A stretch of DNA of 64,000 nucleotides from Kiritimatiellia bacterium (GCA_050949565.1 JBMNFY010000004.1:1-64000), one strand, 5' to 3'. Shown: positions 9,613 through 19,586, counted from the first letter of the stretch. Translations and numbers: made by a program. The notes: a model not told the origin generated them from the sequence alone.

Positions 9613-11823
9613 TTAAAAACTGGCCTGCAGCGCGAGTTCAAACGTGCGCGGGTCGCCGGGGAAGCACTGGTAATAGTGGCGGCTGGATTCGATATAGTGC
9701 TCATCGAAGATGTTTTTGACCGCAAAGGAGAGCGTAACGTTTTTAGGGCCGCCGAAGGTTGCGAGCGGTACGTCGGCTGAACAATCGAAGACCTGCCAGC
9801 CGTCGATGAAGTGGTCTTTACCGACGTAATTGCCGCGCATCGTGGCGTCGTAACGGTGGCGGTAGCGGTAACCCAGTCCGAGCACGACACCGCGCAGAGG
9901 CCCTTCTTCCAGTCGGTAGGAGGTGGCGGCGGTGACGGCGTGCGGCGGGTAGCGGTCGAAGGAATCGCCGGTGGCCTTGTTTTCGTATTCCACGTAGGCG
10001 TAAGAGGCATAGACCGACCAGTTGGCACGGAGGTTGCCGGTGAGCGACAGTTCGAAGCCCTGTGATTCGTTTTCGCCCTCGGTTTCGTAGTAGGTGGAGC
10101 CCGGCATGAGCGTCGGGACATCGCGTTGCGTGATCCTGTAGACCGAGGCGTTCAGCCAGAGCGTTTCGATCGGCGAGACGCGCAGGCCGGTTTCGTATTG
10201 CGTGGCCTGCCAGGAGGAGGTCAGCTCGTCGCCGGGCGCGCGCAGGTGGCCGAAGTTCGGTGCTTCGGTCTGTGAGACGTTCCCGAAAAAGACCAGCCAC
10301 TCAGTCGGCAGATACGAGAGCCCCACGCGTGGGCTGACGCTGTTGCCGGTGTTGCCGAGGCTGCTTTCGTGGCGGTCGACGCGCAGACCGCCGAGCAGAC
10401 GGAAGTCATGCCACGCGATGAGGTCTTGCGCGAAGAGCCCGGCCTTGTCGACCTGCAGGTCGCGATAGTTGTTTGAGACCCAAGTATGTACTGCGTTGCG
10501 CGTGGCGACGGACTCGAAGTAGCTGCGCCCCTGTTCGCTCCTGCGCGCGAAATCCCCCTGCAAGACAGTCTCATGCGAAAGCGGGCCGGTGTCATAACGG
10601 GCCGTCGCACGCTGATAGATGGCGTGGCGTCGGAAGATCAGGTCGCCCTCCGAATGTTCGTACGGGCGTCGGGCGTAGGCCGGCGCGATGATCGAACCGT
10701 CGGCATTGGCGAAGGGGGCGGGGCCTAGGTGTTCGAAGTCGACCTCGGAGAAGGCCAGACCGGCACCGGTGCGCAATGTCCAGACACGCGAGGCGTCCCA
10801 CTCGACGAAGGTCTGCGCGGTGTGGCCGAAGTAGCGGTCGCGCATATCGGAGAGGGCGGCGCTACTGTCCCAGTCATAGCCGCCGAAGGGCTTGCCGCGA
10901 TAGACGGGGATGCCTTGGTAGGCGGGCTGCTCGGTGTGCTGGAGTGTGAGGGAGAAGCCGATGCGCAAGTCGTCACGCACCTGCCAGAGCAGCGACGGGG
11001 CGATCAGAAACGACTCACGCCAGTCGGCACCGTTCGGCAACCAGAAGGGCTTACCGACTTCAAAGCTGAGGGGCAGGCGCGCGGTGAGCCGTTCTTCGAC
11101 GAGTGGCTCGTTGAGGTCCAGACTGAGGCGGTAGCGTTGCAAGTCCTCGCCGAAGGTCGAGCGTAGCGAGACATCGGTGAACGCGCGATCCGGGCGCGGG
11201 TACTTCTGCACCAGATTGATCGATCCGCCCGCGCCGTACGGTCCGAGCGTGGAGGTCATGCCGCCCTGCGTGGCACCGACCGGGCCTTTGACAATCTCAA
11301 CGCGCTCGAATGCGGCCGGGTCGATAAAGGTGCCCATCGGCCCCGCTAGGCCGAGCGTACCATCTAATGTCGCTTCGCTGCCCGGCATGCCGCGTAGCGT
11401 ATACTGGCCCGATGTGCGATCAAGCATGGTTTTGCCGCCGGTGTAGATGCCGGCCTGATAGCGTAGCAGGTCGTGCAGGTCGGTGGGGTTCATCTCGGTG
11501 ATGAAGTCCTCGGTCAACACGTCAACCGTCTGCGGCAGTTCTTCGGGGGGGGCCTCACTAAAGGTCGCGGTCGAGACAGTTTCCGCGCGGTATTTCGAGA
11601 TCGGTGCCCCCTCCACCAGAATTGTGCCGAGATCCACCGGGGCATTGGTTTGCGCACCGGCGAGACCGGCGCACAGGACGCACCCGAGGACGATGCTTCC
11701 CGCGCAACATCGTATGGTGCGCCGTGTGCCGCCGTTTTCCAAAATGTCCACGTCCACATTGTCCACACTGTCCACCACGTCCTCCGATCCCGATAGCGGC
11801 TTGGATGAAATCCACGCGCTCAA
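9613..11823 (-). CDS. TonB-dependent outer-membrane receptor (siderophore-receptor-like)
   Basis: Plug motifs ELPQTVDVL and FERVEIVKGP, GGSINLV, C-terminal PGDPRTFELALQASF ending in Phe. The true start is probably slightly downstream because the 5' part overlaps a GTGGAC repeat. Confidence 0.9.
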   Translation of the reverse strand: MSAWISSKPLSGSEDVVDSVDNVDVDILENGGTRRTIRCCAGSIVLGCVLCAGLAGAQTNAPVDLGTILVEGAPISKYRAETVSTATFSEAPPEELPQTVDVLTEDFITEMNPTDLHDLLRYQAGIYTGGKTMLDRTSGQYTLRGMPGSEATLDGTLGLAGPMGTFIDPAAFERVEIVKGPVGATQGGMTSTLGPYGAGGSINLVQKYPRPDRAFTDVSLRSTFGEDLQRYRLSLDLNEPLVEERLTARLPLSFEVGKPFWLPNGADWRESFLIAPSLLWQVRDDLRIGFSLTLQHTEQPAYQGIPVYRGKPFGGYDWDSSAALSDMRDRYFGHTAQTFVEWDASRVWTLRTGAGLAFSEVDFEHLGPAPFANADGSIIAPAYARRPYEHSEGDLIFRRHAIYQRATARYDTGPLSHETVLQGDFARRSEQGRSYFESVATRNAVHTWVSNNYRDLQVDKAGLFAQDLIAWHDFRLLGGLRVDRHESSLGNTGNSVSPRVGLSYLPTEWLVFFGNVSQTEAPNFGHLRAPGDELTSSWQATQYETGLRVSPIETLWLNASVYRITQRDVPTLMPGSTYYETEGENESQGFELSLTGNLRANWSVYASYAYVEYENKATGDSFDRYPPHAVTAATSYRLEEGPLRGVVLGLGYRYRHRYDATMRGNYVGKDHFIDGWQVFDCSADVPLATFGGPKNVTLSFAVKNIFDEHYIESSRHYYQCFPGDPRTFELALQASF

Positions 11824-11874
11824 CTGCTGTCAGTGGATTAAACGATGGTGCGTGCGAGGTGGTTCAGAACGCCG

Positions 11875-12022
11875 AACCCTGAAACCTGAAGCCCAGAAAC
11901 CCTGAAACCCTGAAACCCTGAAACCCAGAAACCCTGAAACCCAGAAACCCTGAAACCCTGAAACCCAGAAACCCAGAAACCCTGAAACCCAGAAACCCTG
12001 AAACCCTGAAACCCTGAAACCC
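11875..12022. repeat. Tandem array of (CCCTGAAA/CCCAGAAA)n
   Basis: Reverse-complement relative of the 8161 array, filling the trmH-TBDR spacer. Confidence 0.95.
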
Positions 12023-12034
12023 GCCCGGCGGGCG

Positions 12035-12901
12035 TCAGGCGTCGAAAGCGTTTTCGCCGTGCCAGGCTTCGGCGGGCGGTGGCTGAAGTTCTCCGGCGGC
12101 GATACGCTGGCGTACGGCCTCGAAAAGCAGGATAGTGGTCGCTGAGGCGACGTTCAGCGAGTCGGCCTGTCCGAACATCGGTATGCGTACGCGTAGGTCG
12201 GCGGTGCTCATCCATTTTTCAGACAGTCCGTATTGCTCGGCACCGACGGCGATCGCCACATTGCCGGTGAGCTGAACGCCGCAGTGCAGGTGTTCGGTAT
12301 GCGGCGTGGCGGCGAGGATGCGAAAGCCGCGTTCACGTAAGAAGGCGAGCACATCATCGCTGCCGGCCTCAATGACCGGGACAGAGAACAGCGTCCCCGT
12401 CGAGGCCCGGACCACATTGGGATTGTGGATGTCGGTGCAGCGGTCGCAGACGATCACGGCGTGGACCCCCGCCGCGTCGGCCGAGCGCAGGATCGTGCCG
12501 AGATTGCCGGGCTTCTCGATCGCTTCGGCGACCACCAGCAACGCGTTCTCCGGAAGGGTGAGGTCGGTCAATGTCTTGGTCAAGTGCGGGCCGACCATCA
12601 ACAAGCCGTCCGGCCGTTCGCGGTAGGCCATTTTTTCAAAGACGGGTGCCGTGCAGGCATACAGCTCTGCGCCCAACTCCCGGCAGCGTTGCAAAAGGCT
12701 GGACTCATTGAGGTGCTTGAGCCAAAGCGCCTCGCAGTAAAACAGCGCGTGCGGTCGGTAGCCGTTGTCGAGCGCGCGACGGCACTCGCGATAGCCCTCG
12801 ATGAGCATCTGTCCAGCCTCATCGCGATGCGACCGTTGACGCAACCTGATCGTGTGTTTGACCTTCGGGTTGGCAAGAGAGGTAATCGTCAGATCGGGCA
12901 T
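12035..12901 (-). CDS. TrmH/SpoU family RNA methyltransferase
   Basis: ITSLANPKVK N-terminus, EKPGNLGTILRSADAAG, GAEQYGL, IPMFGQADSLNVAS (SPOUT motifs). Confidence 0.93.
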   Translation of the reverse strand: MPDLTITSLANPKVKHTIRLRQRSHRDEAGQMLIEGYRECRRALDNGYRPHALFYCEALWLKHLNESSLLQRCRELGAELYACTAPVFEKMAYRERPDGLLMVGPHLTKTLTDLTLPENALLVVAEAIEKPGNLGTILRSADAAGVHAVIVCDRCTDIHNPNVVRASTGTLFSVPVIEAGSDDVLAFLRERGFRILAATPHTEHLHCGVQLTGNVAIAVGAEQYGLSEKWMSTADLRVRIPMFGQADSLNVASATTILLFEAVRQRIAAGELQPPPAEAWHGENAFDA

Positions 12902-12935
12902 GGCAAGCGGCTTGGGGCTCCTTTCGGACGCGGGC

Positions 12936-15362
12936 TCACATCGCAGCCGCCGTGAGTTGGTCGGAGCGCTGCGCGACATTCTCGAGGTGGCGCACGATGT
13001 TCTCGATGGCGGCAACCACCTCTACAAAGATCAGGCCACGCTCGGGCGTACAGAGCCCATCCTGAAGACGCTGGACATGGTTCTGCATGGAGACGTGGGC
13101 CAGCGCTTCGAGTTCTTCGACCGCAGAACCCACCGACTTGGCTAGAAAGCGCCCGTCTTGCAGGCTTTCGCGGGTGAGGCTGGCGACGGCGGTGGCTTTT
13201 TCAAGCAGGGTCTCCAACTCCTGAAGGGCGTCCTTCGAAAAGCTTTTCGCGGCTGACTGGGCCTGGGCCTCCTCGGCGCGGCGCGCAATCAACAGGGCGA
13301 GGTCAGAAATGCGCTCGGCATCGTTCACGCAGTGCATCAACACTGGAATCGCGGCGGCTTGCAACTCGGACAGATCCTTACGCGTGAGTTGGACGAGGTA
13401 ATCCATGATATCGGCTTGGTTATTGTCCACTTGGTCTTCTATCGCCTCAATATCGGAAACTTTGACCGGTTTTCCATCCTTGTAGCCGCGCAGGGCCAGC
13501 ATTGCCGCGCGCCAAGCGGTATCGGCCATGTCGGCAAGTGCGCGCATGGCGCAGAAGAGCGCGAGCGAGGGAGTGTTGAGCAAATTCCTTTCGAGATGCA
13601 CGGTCGCAGTCGTGGCTTTCTTGGCCGGGATCAGACGTTCACAGAGCCATGCGAGACCACCGATGAAGGGAGTCATGATAAAGACGTTCGTCACGTTGAA
13701 CAGGGTGTGCGCCATGGCGATATGGCGCCCGACGTTTTCGCCGATAAAGACATTGCCGGTGGTCACGCTGTTCACGAGGTAAAGGAAGCAGGGCACGCCG
13801 CGGAATGGCACATAGAAAAGAACAACCATGATGCAGGTGCCGAATACGTTGAACATGCAGTGGGCCGCCGCGGTCTGGCGCGCGGTACGGTTAGCGTTGA
13901 GCGAGGCCAGAATAGCAGTGATCGTGGTTCCAATGTTGTCGCCCAGTATGATCGGCACGGCTGTCCAGAAGTTGAGCAGGCCGCTGTTCGCAAGTGCGAT
14001 GGCCAGACCGATCGTGGCGGAGCTGCTCTGCATGATCATGGTTGTCAGGGTACCGATACCGATCGCGCCCAGCACCTTGCCGAGCGGCATCGGCTGGCCT
14101 AGCTGCGGTGTGCAGTCAAACATCTGGAAAATATGGACGAAACTGGGGAAGGAGCTGACACTCTCCAGTTCGCTGGACATCATATTCATGCCAAAGAAGA
14201 GCAGGCCGAAGCCGAGCAGGGTGCGCGCACTGCCTTGCCAGGCGGCACGGCGCGCGAGCAGTAGCCCGATCATACCTATGATGATGGCGGGCAGCGCCAG
14301 TCCGTCGAGCTTGAAGGAGACCATCTGGCCGGTGACGGTGGTACCGATGTTGGCTCCGAAAACCACACCGATGGCCTGTTTCAGCGAAAGCAGGCCGGCA
14401 TTGACGAAGCCGACCGTCATGACCGTGGTCGCGCTGGAGGACTGAATCAGCGAGGTGACGATCGTGCCGGCAAGAATCGCGGCGACGCGGTTGCGCGTGA
14501 CATACGCGAGTACCGCCTTCATGCGGTCGCCGGCAACCTGATGCAACCCCTCACTCATCAGCGTCATGCCGAAGATGAAGAGCGCCAGACCGCCGAGTAC
14601 GCCGATCAAGGTGCGCATGACGCACATCGAGAGGACTTCAATGGTGAAGGGGCGGGTATGCAGGCCGCGTTCGCTATCGGCGACTTCAGCGCGGATCTCA
14701 TATCGACCCGTGGCCTTTGGATCGGTTTTGAGCGTGATCTCGGCGACACCGGCGGCATCGGTCTTGACGCTGCTTTTCGAGAGCTTACCCGCCTTGCTCG
14801 GCTGGCGTGCGAGGGTGAAGTAAATTGGGGCACCGGCGATAGGCGTGCCGTCCGGCGCGGTAAGCGTGACGCGCATCGGCTTGGGCAGCGGCTTGCCCGC
14901 AGATATCTCCTGCTGGTTGTTTTCCAATGCGACGCCGGTTAGGAAACGCACGCGGCGACGAATCTCCGGTGCGTCGGCGCAGATGATATCCAAGTACTGG
15001 TCGCCGAACCCTTTGCCTAGCTCAACGTTGAAATTGCATGTGCCGCCCGCGTCGGTGACGCTCTCTGCGGGGATTGCACGAATACCGCTGGCGGGGTCGA
15101 TCGGCGTCACAGTCAGGCGCTTGCCCGCGATCGGATGCGTAGTGCCTTTGCCACCGAGCAGGCCCGGCACGGCATGGCTCAGAAGTTCCACGCGGATCGC
15201 GTTGGTTTGAACCGAACCGGGCGGTGCGAGTTGGGTTTCGGGCGTGAAGAGTACCAGTTTTTCGGGTTTCAGCCCTTTAGGTACCCGGTCGCAACCAACT
15301 AACAGGGCACCGGTCAGCAACAGCGGAAGGAAAATGAACAACGCAGTTTTCAGGTGTTTCAT
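12936..15362 (-). CDS. Na+/Pi cotransporter (PhoU-domain type) fused to an N-terminal lipoprotein Ig-like region
   Basis: Two QSSSATT / GANIGTT(GDNIGTT) repeats and a C-terminal PhoU-like DAERISD region. The N-terminal ~250 aa has lipobox LVGC and Ig-like VTDAGG and KTDAAGVA motifs. Confidence 0.9.
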   Translation of the reverse strand: MKHLKTALFIFLPLLLTGALLVGCDRVPKGLKPEKLVLFTPETQLAPPGSVQTNAIRVELLSHAVPGLLGGKGTTHPIAGKRLTVTPIDPASGIRAIPAESVTDAGGTCNFNVELGKGFGDQYLDIICADAPEIRRRVRFLTGVALENNQQEISAGKPLPKPMRVTLTAPDGTPIAGAPIYFTLARQPSKAGKLSKSSVKTDAAGVAEITLKTDPKATGRYEIRAEVADSERGLHTRPFTIEVLSMCVMRTLIGVLGGLALFIFGMTLMSEGLHQVAGDRMKAVLAYVTRNRVAAILAGTIVTSLIQSSSATTVMTVGFVNAGLLSLKQAIGVVFGANIGTTVTGQMVSFKLDGLALPAIIIGMIGLLLARRAAWQGSARTLLGFGLLFFGMNMMSSELESVSSFPSFVHIFQMFDCTPQLGQPMPLGKVLGAIGIGTLTTMIMQSSSATIGLAIALANSGLLNFWTAVPIILGDNIGTTITAILASLNANRTARQTAAAHCMFNVFGTCIMVVLFYVPFRGVPCFLYLVNSVTTGNVFIGENVGRHIAMAHTLFNVTNVFIMTPFIGGLAWLCERLIPAKKATTATVHLERNLLNTPSLALFCAMRALADMADTAWRAAMLALRGYKDGKPVKVSDIEAIEDQVDNNQADIMDYLVQLTRKDLSELQAAAIPVLMHCVNDAERISDLALLIARRAEEAQAQSAAKSFSKDALQELETLLEKATAVASLTRESLQDGRFLAKSVGSAVEELEALAHVSMQNHVQRLQDGLCTPERGLIFVEVVAAIENIVRHLENVAQRSDQLTAAAM

Positions 15363-15488
15363 AGAGGTGTCATAAAATAAACGGGTACGCGTCAGTCGCC
15401 GACCGGCTCGCCAAACGCTAACACTTTCCAAACGCCGACATCATATCAGATCATGTGCCCGTAAAAAAACCCCAAAGTTGACTCACTC

Positions 15489-16004
15489 TCATCCTTCCGA
15501 TTTTGTTTGCGCTCCGAGTTTTTCGGCTGGTGTCCGGATGATTTCAACTATGTTTTCCAACGCGAACAGGATGATGAGCACGCCCGCGATCGGCATCGAG
15601 ATGTAAACCAGACCCCGCTTGATCGGCAGGGCAGGCAACTGTTGTCCCATCTGTCCCATCGCCAGCCCCCAGCCGCCGACTACGAACACGATGAGAGCCA
15701 GAGCAAGAATCACCAGTTGCACGACGACGCTCATCGTCTTGCGCGCTTCGGGGTGCAGTTTGGACACAAAGTAGTCAACACCGAGATGCGCCTTCGCGCC
15801 GAATGCCAGCGCGGACCCTATCATGGATATCCAAACCAGCAGTACACGGGCCAACTCGTCCGTATAGTGCGCCTGACGACCCAAGCAGAAACGGGTGAAG
15901 ACCCCCCACAGCACCGTCAGCGTCATGACGGCAACCAGCACTATCAGCAGGATCTCCAGCGTTCTGACGAAGCCATTTCTTACCTTTTGCCATAGCCCGC
16001 TCAT
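15489..16004 (-). CDS. TRAP transporter small permease (DctQ-like)
   Basis: 4 TM segments; VFTRFCLG, TDELARVLLVW and HLGVDYFV motifs; AAGGAGG RBS upstream. Confidence 0.88.
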   Translation of the reverse strand: MSGLWQKVRNGFVRTLEILLIVLVAVMTLTVLWGVFTRFCLGRQAHYTDELARVLLVWISMIGSALAFGAKAHLGVDYFVSKLHPEARKTMSVVVQLVILALALIVFVVGGWGLAMGQMGQQLPALPIKRGLVYISMPIAGVLIILFALENIVEIIRTPAEKLGAQTKSEG

Positions 16005-16059
16005 TCCAGCATCCTCCTTCTTCGGAGTCCGTTTTTTCAACGTCGGTTTCACGCCCCGC

Positions 16060-16296
16060 CTACGCTTGCTCCCGCTGACGCAGCATCGCTGCGGCAATCG
16101 CGATGGCGATTTCGGCGTCAGGCGAAGCGTCGCCCTTCTGCGCTTTTTGCGCCTTCGCTTTCGGCTGTTCATCCGGCAGGATGTGGTTGAATCGGGGAAT
16201 GATCTTGGAACTAAGCGTCAAGATCACAACCAGCAGTCCGAGAAACCCCACGACTGTGCCCACGCCTACGACCATCAGAATAAGTCCCTGCAACAT
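16060..16296 (-). CDS. OadG-family Na+-translocating decarboxylase gamma subunit
   Basis: N-terminal TM GLILMVVGVGTVVGFLGLL, flexible linker, C-terminal EIAIAIAAA; AAGGAGG RBS. Confidence 0.8.
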   Translation of the reverse strand: MLQGLILMVVGVGTVVGFLGLLVVILTLSSKIIPRFNHILPDEQPKAKAQKAQKGDASPDAEIAIAIAAAMLRQREQA

Positions 16297-16319
16297 GCTT
16301 GCCTCCTTTAGTAGTTCGG

Positions 16320-16658
16320 TTATTTTGTGAGTACAGGTATGAGAATGCGGATCGCCAGCCAGACGGCAACGCATCCTGTTACCAACAACAGTGTGTATTT
16401 CCGCCAGTCGGCCATCGTCGCGGGAGCGCTATTCTCCCCATTCGCTCCGTTAAATCGGCGAATGTCGATGTAGCGGGCAGCTATCAGAGATACCAACACC
16501 AGCAGGCAGCCGGCGTCCAGAAAAGAAGGGAATCGCAGACGATTCAGAAAAAGATAGGCAAGCAATGTAAACAATATCGCATTGCCTAGAAACATCCAGT
16601 AGACACGAATGAGGCAACCTGCCTCACTGCTGTGCTCGGGAATTGGCTGGTCTTGCAT
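16320..16658 (-). CDS. Hypothetical 3-TM membrane protein
   Basis: 112-aa ORF with three hydrophobic segments; first gene after the riboswitch candidate. Confidence 0.65.
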   Translation of the reverse strand: MQDQPIPEHSSEAGCLIRVYWMFLGNAILFTLLAYLFLNRLRFPSFLDAGCLLVLVSLIAARYIDIRRFNGANGENSAPATMADWRKYTLLLVTGCVAVWLAIRILIPVLTK

Positions 16659-16702
16659 AACGCACCATCCATCTTGTTTGCGCCAAAACGCGCAGTTCAA
16701 TG

Positions 16703-16759
16703 GATGGCGGCCCGACCATCTCGTTAACCTGCGGGGGCTCGTTGTTCCCCCGCACCCGG
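16703..16759 (-). promoter_or_regulatory. Probable nhaA-I motif (Li+-I riboswitch)
   Basis: Minus strand reads GGGTG-CGGGGGAACAACGAGCCCCCG-CAGG-TTAAC-GAGATGGTCGGGCCGCCATC: two hairpins with the GGGUG, CAGG and GGUCGGGCCGCC elements I recall for nhaA-I; upstream of Na+-linked genes. Confidence 0.7.
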
Positions 16760-16930
16760 ATAAGACGCAACCTGAAGCTGCGAATGAATGAGCGCAATTT
16801 AACAGATTCACAACCCGAACTGCAAGCGCATATTTATTTTTCTTTTGCCTGAATGGCGTCAATGTGCCACACTTAAACCATCCTGAAGGGCGGTAAGGTA
16901 CCGTTACAGGCTAAAGAAAAGGGTTAAAAA

Positions 16931-17254
16931 ATGAAAAAATTGATGATGTTGAGTGTGTTGGCGGTGGTTGTTGTTTCGATGTCAGGTTGTGGTGTGGTTC
17001 CGATGAAAGGCACCAGCATGGCAGCCATCACGATCGACCACGTAGCTTCTGATCCTGTGGTTGACAACAGTGTGAAGCCCGCGAAGAAGGGTATTGCTTC
17101 GTCAAAGGCCATTCTGCTGTTCAATACGGGCGATGCGTCGATCGGTACGGCGATGCGCGAGGGCGGCATCTCGAAAATCCATCGCGTGGACTATGATGTG
17201 ACGAACATCCTGTTTCTCTACAACGAGATCAAGACGATCGTCTACGGCGAATAA
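16931..17254 (+). CDS. TRL-like family lipoprotein
   Basis: Lipobox MSGC, TGDASIGTAMREGGISKIHRVDY, C-terminal TIVYGE. Confidence 0.85.
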   Translation: MKKLMMLSVLAVVVVSMSGCGVVPMKGTSMAAITIDHVASDPVVDNSVKPAKKGIASSKAILLFNTGDASIGTAMREGGISKIHRVDYDVTNILFLYNEIKTIVYGE

Positions 17255-17287
17255 TTCCGTGCTGCGCACGGAGTTAGGAATTGGCAT

Positions 17288-17887
17288 TTAGGATTTAGGA
17301 GTTAGCCAGTCTCGCCAGGCTTGCGCCGCGGCGCGGAGCGCCCGTCCGCGGTGCGAGATGGCGTTCTTGGTGGCGCTGTCGAGTTCGGCAAACGTTTTTT
17401 CAAAGCCGTCCGGCACAAAGAGCGGGTCGTAACCGAAGCCGTTCGCGCCGCGTGCCTCTGAGATGATCGTGCCCTCGCAGCGTCCTTCGACCGTCCACTC
17501 CCGCCCGTCCGGCGCACACAGCGCAATCGCGCAGCGGAAACGCGCCCGGCGGTTGGTCGCGTCCGCCAGATTGCGGAGCAGCTTGGCGTTGTTGGCGGCA
17601 TCGTTATGCGGCTCGCCCGCATAGCGCGCCGAGTGGACGCCCGGCGCGTTGCCGAGCGCCTCGACCTCAAGCCCAGAATCGTCCGCCAGCGTCCAGAGCC
17701 CGGATGCCGCGCACAGCTCGCGCGCCTTTTTGAGCGCGTTGCCTTCAAACGTGTCGGCGTCCTCGACAACATCCTCCGGCAATCCCGGCACCTCATCGGC
17801 GGCGACCAGTCTCAACGATGGCAAAGCGAAGATCTGCCGGATCTCTTCGAGTTTGTGTCGGTTGTGCGTTGCAATCAGTACAATCAT
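17288..17887 (-). CDS. rdgB: Non-canonical purine NTP pyrophosphatase (HAM1 family)
   Basis: ATHNRHK, TFEGNALKKA, ADDSGLEV, GFGYDPLF, KNAISHRGRA. Confidence 0.95.
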   Translation of the reverse strand: MIVLIATHNRHKLEEIRQIFALPSLRLVAADEVPGLPEDVVEDADTFEGNALKKARELCAASGLWTLADDSGLEVEALGNAPGVHSARYAGEPHNDAANNAKLLRNLADATNRRARFRCAIALCAPDGREWTVEGRCEGTIISEARGANGFGYDPLFVPDGFEKTFAELDSATKNAISHRGRALRAAAQAWRDWLTPKS

Positions 17888-17934
17888 TTTGTTCTCCTAA
17901 GCTCAGTACACGTTAAGATCTCTTGCCTGCAGGT

Positions 17935-17982
17935 GTGGCACGGGCATCTTGCCCGTGTTTCATGGGCGGACGCCCATGCCAC
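17935..17982. repeat. REP doublet (REPIN-like)
   Basis: GTGGCACGGGCATCTTGCCCGTG-TTT-CATGGGCGGACGCCCATGCCAC. Confidence 0.85.
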
Positions 17983-18002
17983 GAGGGGAGGCAAAATACG
18001 CG

Positions 18003-18602
18003 CTAGCGTCCGGCCAGCGCATCGACCGTTACATGCTCCCACTCCGGAAGCGCCAGAAGGTGCTCGAACAACACGGCGCAGGCGATCGCATCGAACAGTG
18101 CATCGTGCGCGCCGCGTCCGGGGCACAACGCCTCGATGCGCGGAAGCAAGCCCAATGCGGTCGTCACTTCGTCCAGCGCCTTCGAGGCGAGCGACGGATA
18201 GGCGCGCCGCACAAGCGCCAACGTATCCACCCAAGGCCCAAAGCGGTGTAGCGGCGCGAGCCGCGCCAGCACGCTGCGTTCGGTTCCGATATTATGGGCG
18301 ACCAGCGGAACCCCGACCACCCACTCCGCCAGTTCAGGCCACAGGTCGCCCGGCTGGGGCGCGACGGTGAGCTGCTCCCGCATCAACGCATGGCGGCCCG
18401 GCGCACGCGGATTGAAGGGGCGGTCGCCCACGCGCAGCAAGCTTTCGAAGCGCTCGTCCGCGCAGACCGCACCCGCGCGCAGACGCACGATGCCCACCTG
18501 CCAAGGCTCCACCGGATAACCCGACACAGCCCCCGTCGTCTCAAAATCGATGGCCGCGAAACAGGCCTGCCGAGCTTGTATGAAACGCGGACACTCGCTC
18601 AA
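18003..18602 (-). CDS. DEDDh 3'-5' exonuclease (DNA polymerase III epsilon-like)
   Basis: AIDFETTG, LVAHN, WVDTL, HDALFDA. Confidence 0.9.
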   Translation of the reverse strand: MSECPRFIQARQACFAAIDFETTGAVSGYPVEPWQVGIVRLRAGAVCADERFESLLRVGDRPFNPRAPGRHALMREQLTVAPQPGDLWPELAEWVVGVPLVAHNIGTERSVLARLAPLHRFGPWVDTLALVRRAYPSLASKALDEVTTALGLLPRIEALCPGRGAHDALFDAIACAVLFEHLLALPEWEHVTVDALAGR

Positions 18603-18690
18603 TGCATGTTACCGATCTGCGCGTGAATACATCCCGACACCCAAGACCACGTTGCCAAAAGGGCGACCGCCCATATCCACATCTGTCTCG

Positions 18691-19575
18691 TCATGGTTTT
18701 TTCTCTTTGTCTTCATCCTGTCTGTTCAACAACTTGCGCAGATCACGGGTGCCGGCATGTTGCGGCACTTCCTTGATGGCCTCGTCTAGATAGCTTTCAG
18801 CCTGAACATGATCGCCGCGCTGATGCGCCAGATAGCCGAGGTAAAAAAGGATGCGTCCCTGTAGGAAGCGGGCGTCCTCGCCGGCTTCGCCGGGCTCCGG
18901 CTTGCACTTCGCGTGAGCCGCCGCGAACGCCCGTTCCGCGCGGGCTGAGTCTTTCAGCGAGTGCAGCGCCAACTGGCCGAGCGAAAACTCAAGTTCGGCC
19001 GATGTTGGATTGAGGCGGACGCCCTCTTCCAGCAGCGCCAGGGCGTCATGCGGTCGCTCCAGCATGTGCGACAGCACGTATGCTGAACTCTCATAGGCCT
19101 GAATGTTGCGCGGCGATGTACGGCATGCGGCCCAGAGCCAAGGCACCAGTTCGCGTGCGTCTTCGCCTTCGGTGTGGCGATGCTCCTGCACATGCACGCG
19201 GCGATTGATCCACCTCCAGGGATCGAGCGGCGCAGACGCCGCATCATGTTCGTGGTGATCGTGGTCGTGATCGTGGCCGTGTGCATGCGCGTGTCTGCCC
19301 TCTGTGGGGGAGTGGTGTTCCGACTCCTTTTGGGATGCGCTGGACAGGCTGTGGTCGCACTCCGCATGGCGCACCCCGCCGTGAAAATAATCGTCGGCCT
19401 TTTCGAGCAAGGCGAAACTGATCTCCTGCCGCGCATCGCCCAGCAGCATCGCCACGACATTCTCGCCGGGCACCTGCGGCATCCGTCCGGCGAAGAGGTG
19501 CGGCAAGAGCTGGCCGTACGCGAATGTCACGATCGCGCCTACAGCGACAAGGGCATGTTGGAAGTGCTGCGTCAC
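18691..19575 (-). CDS. Hypothetical His-rich TPR-like protein
   Basis: N-terminal hydrophobic segment, KADDYFHGG, His tract HAHAHGHDHDHDHHEH, C-terminal TPR-like helices. Confidence 0.75.
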   Translation of the reverse strand: MTQHFQHALVAVGAIVTFAYGQLLPHLFAGRMPQVPGENVVAMLLGDARQEISFALLEKADDYFHGGVRHAECDHSLSSASQKESEHHSPTEGRHAHAHGHDHDHDHHEHDAASAPLDPWRWINRRVHVQEHRHTEGEDARELVPWLWAACRTSPRNIQAYESSAYVLSHMLERPHDALALLEEGVRLNPTSAELEFSLGQLALHSLKDSARAERAFAAAHAKCKPEPGEAGEDARFLQGRILFYLGYLAHQRGDHVQAESYLDEAIKEVPQHAGTRDLRKLLNRQDEDKEKKP

Positions 19576-19586
19576 GTTTCAATTCC

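Noticed and set aside
16691-16782. tRNA or c-di-GMP riboswitch
   Set aside because: No cloverleaf or TΨC signature; the motif order fits nhaA-I on the minus strand better
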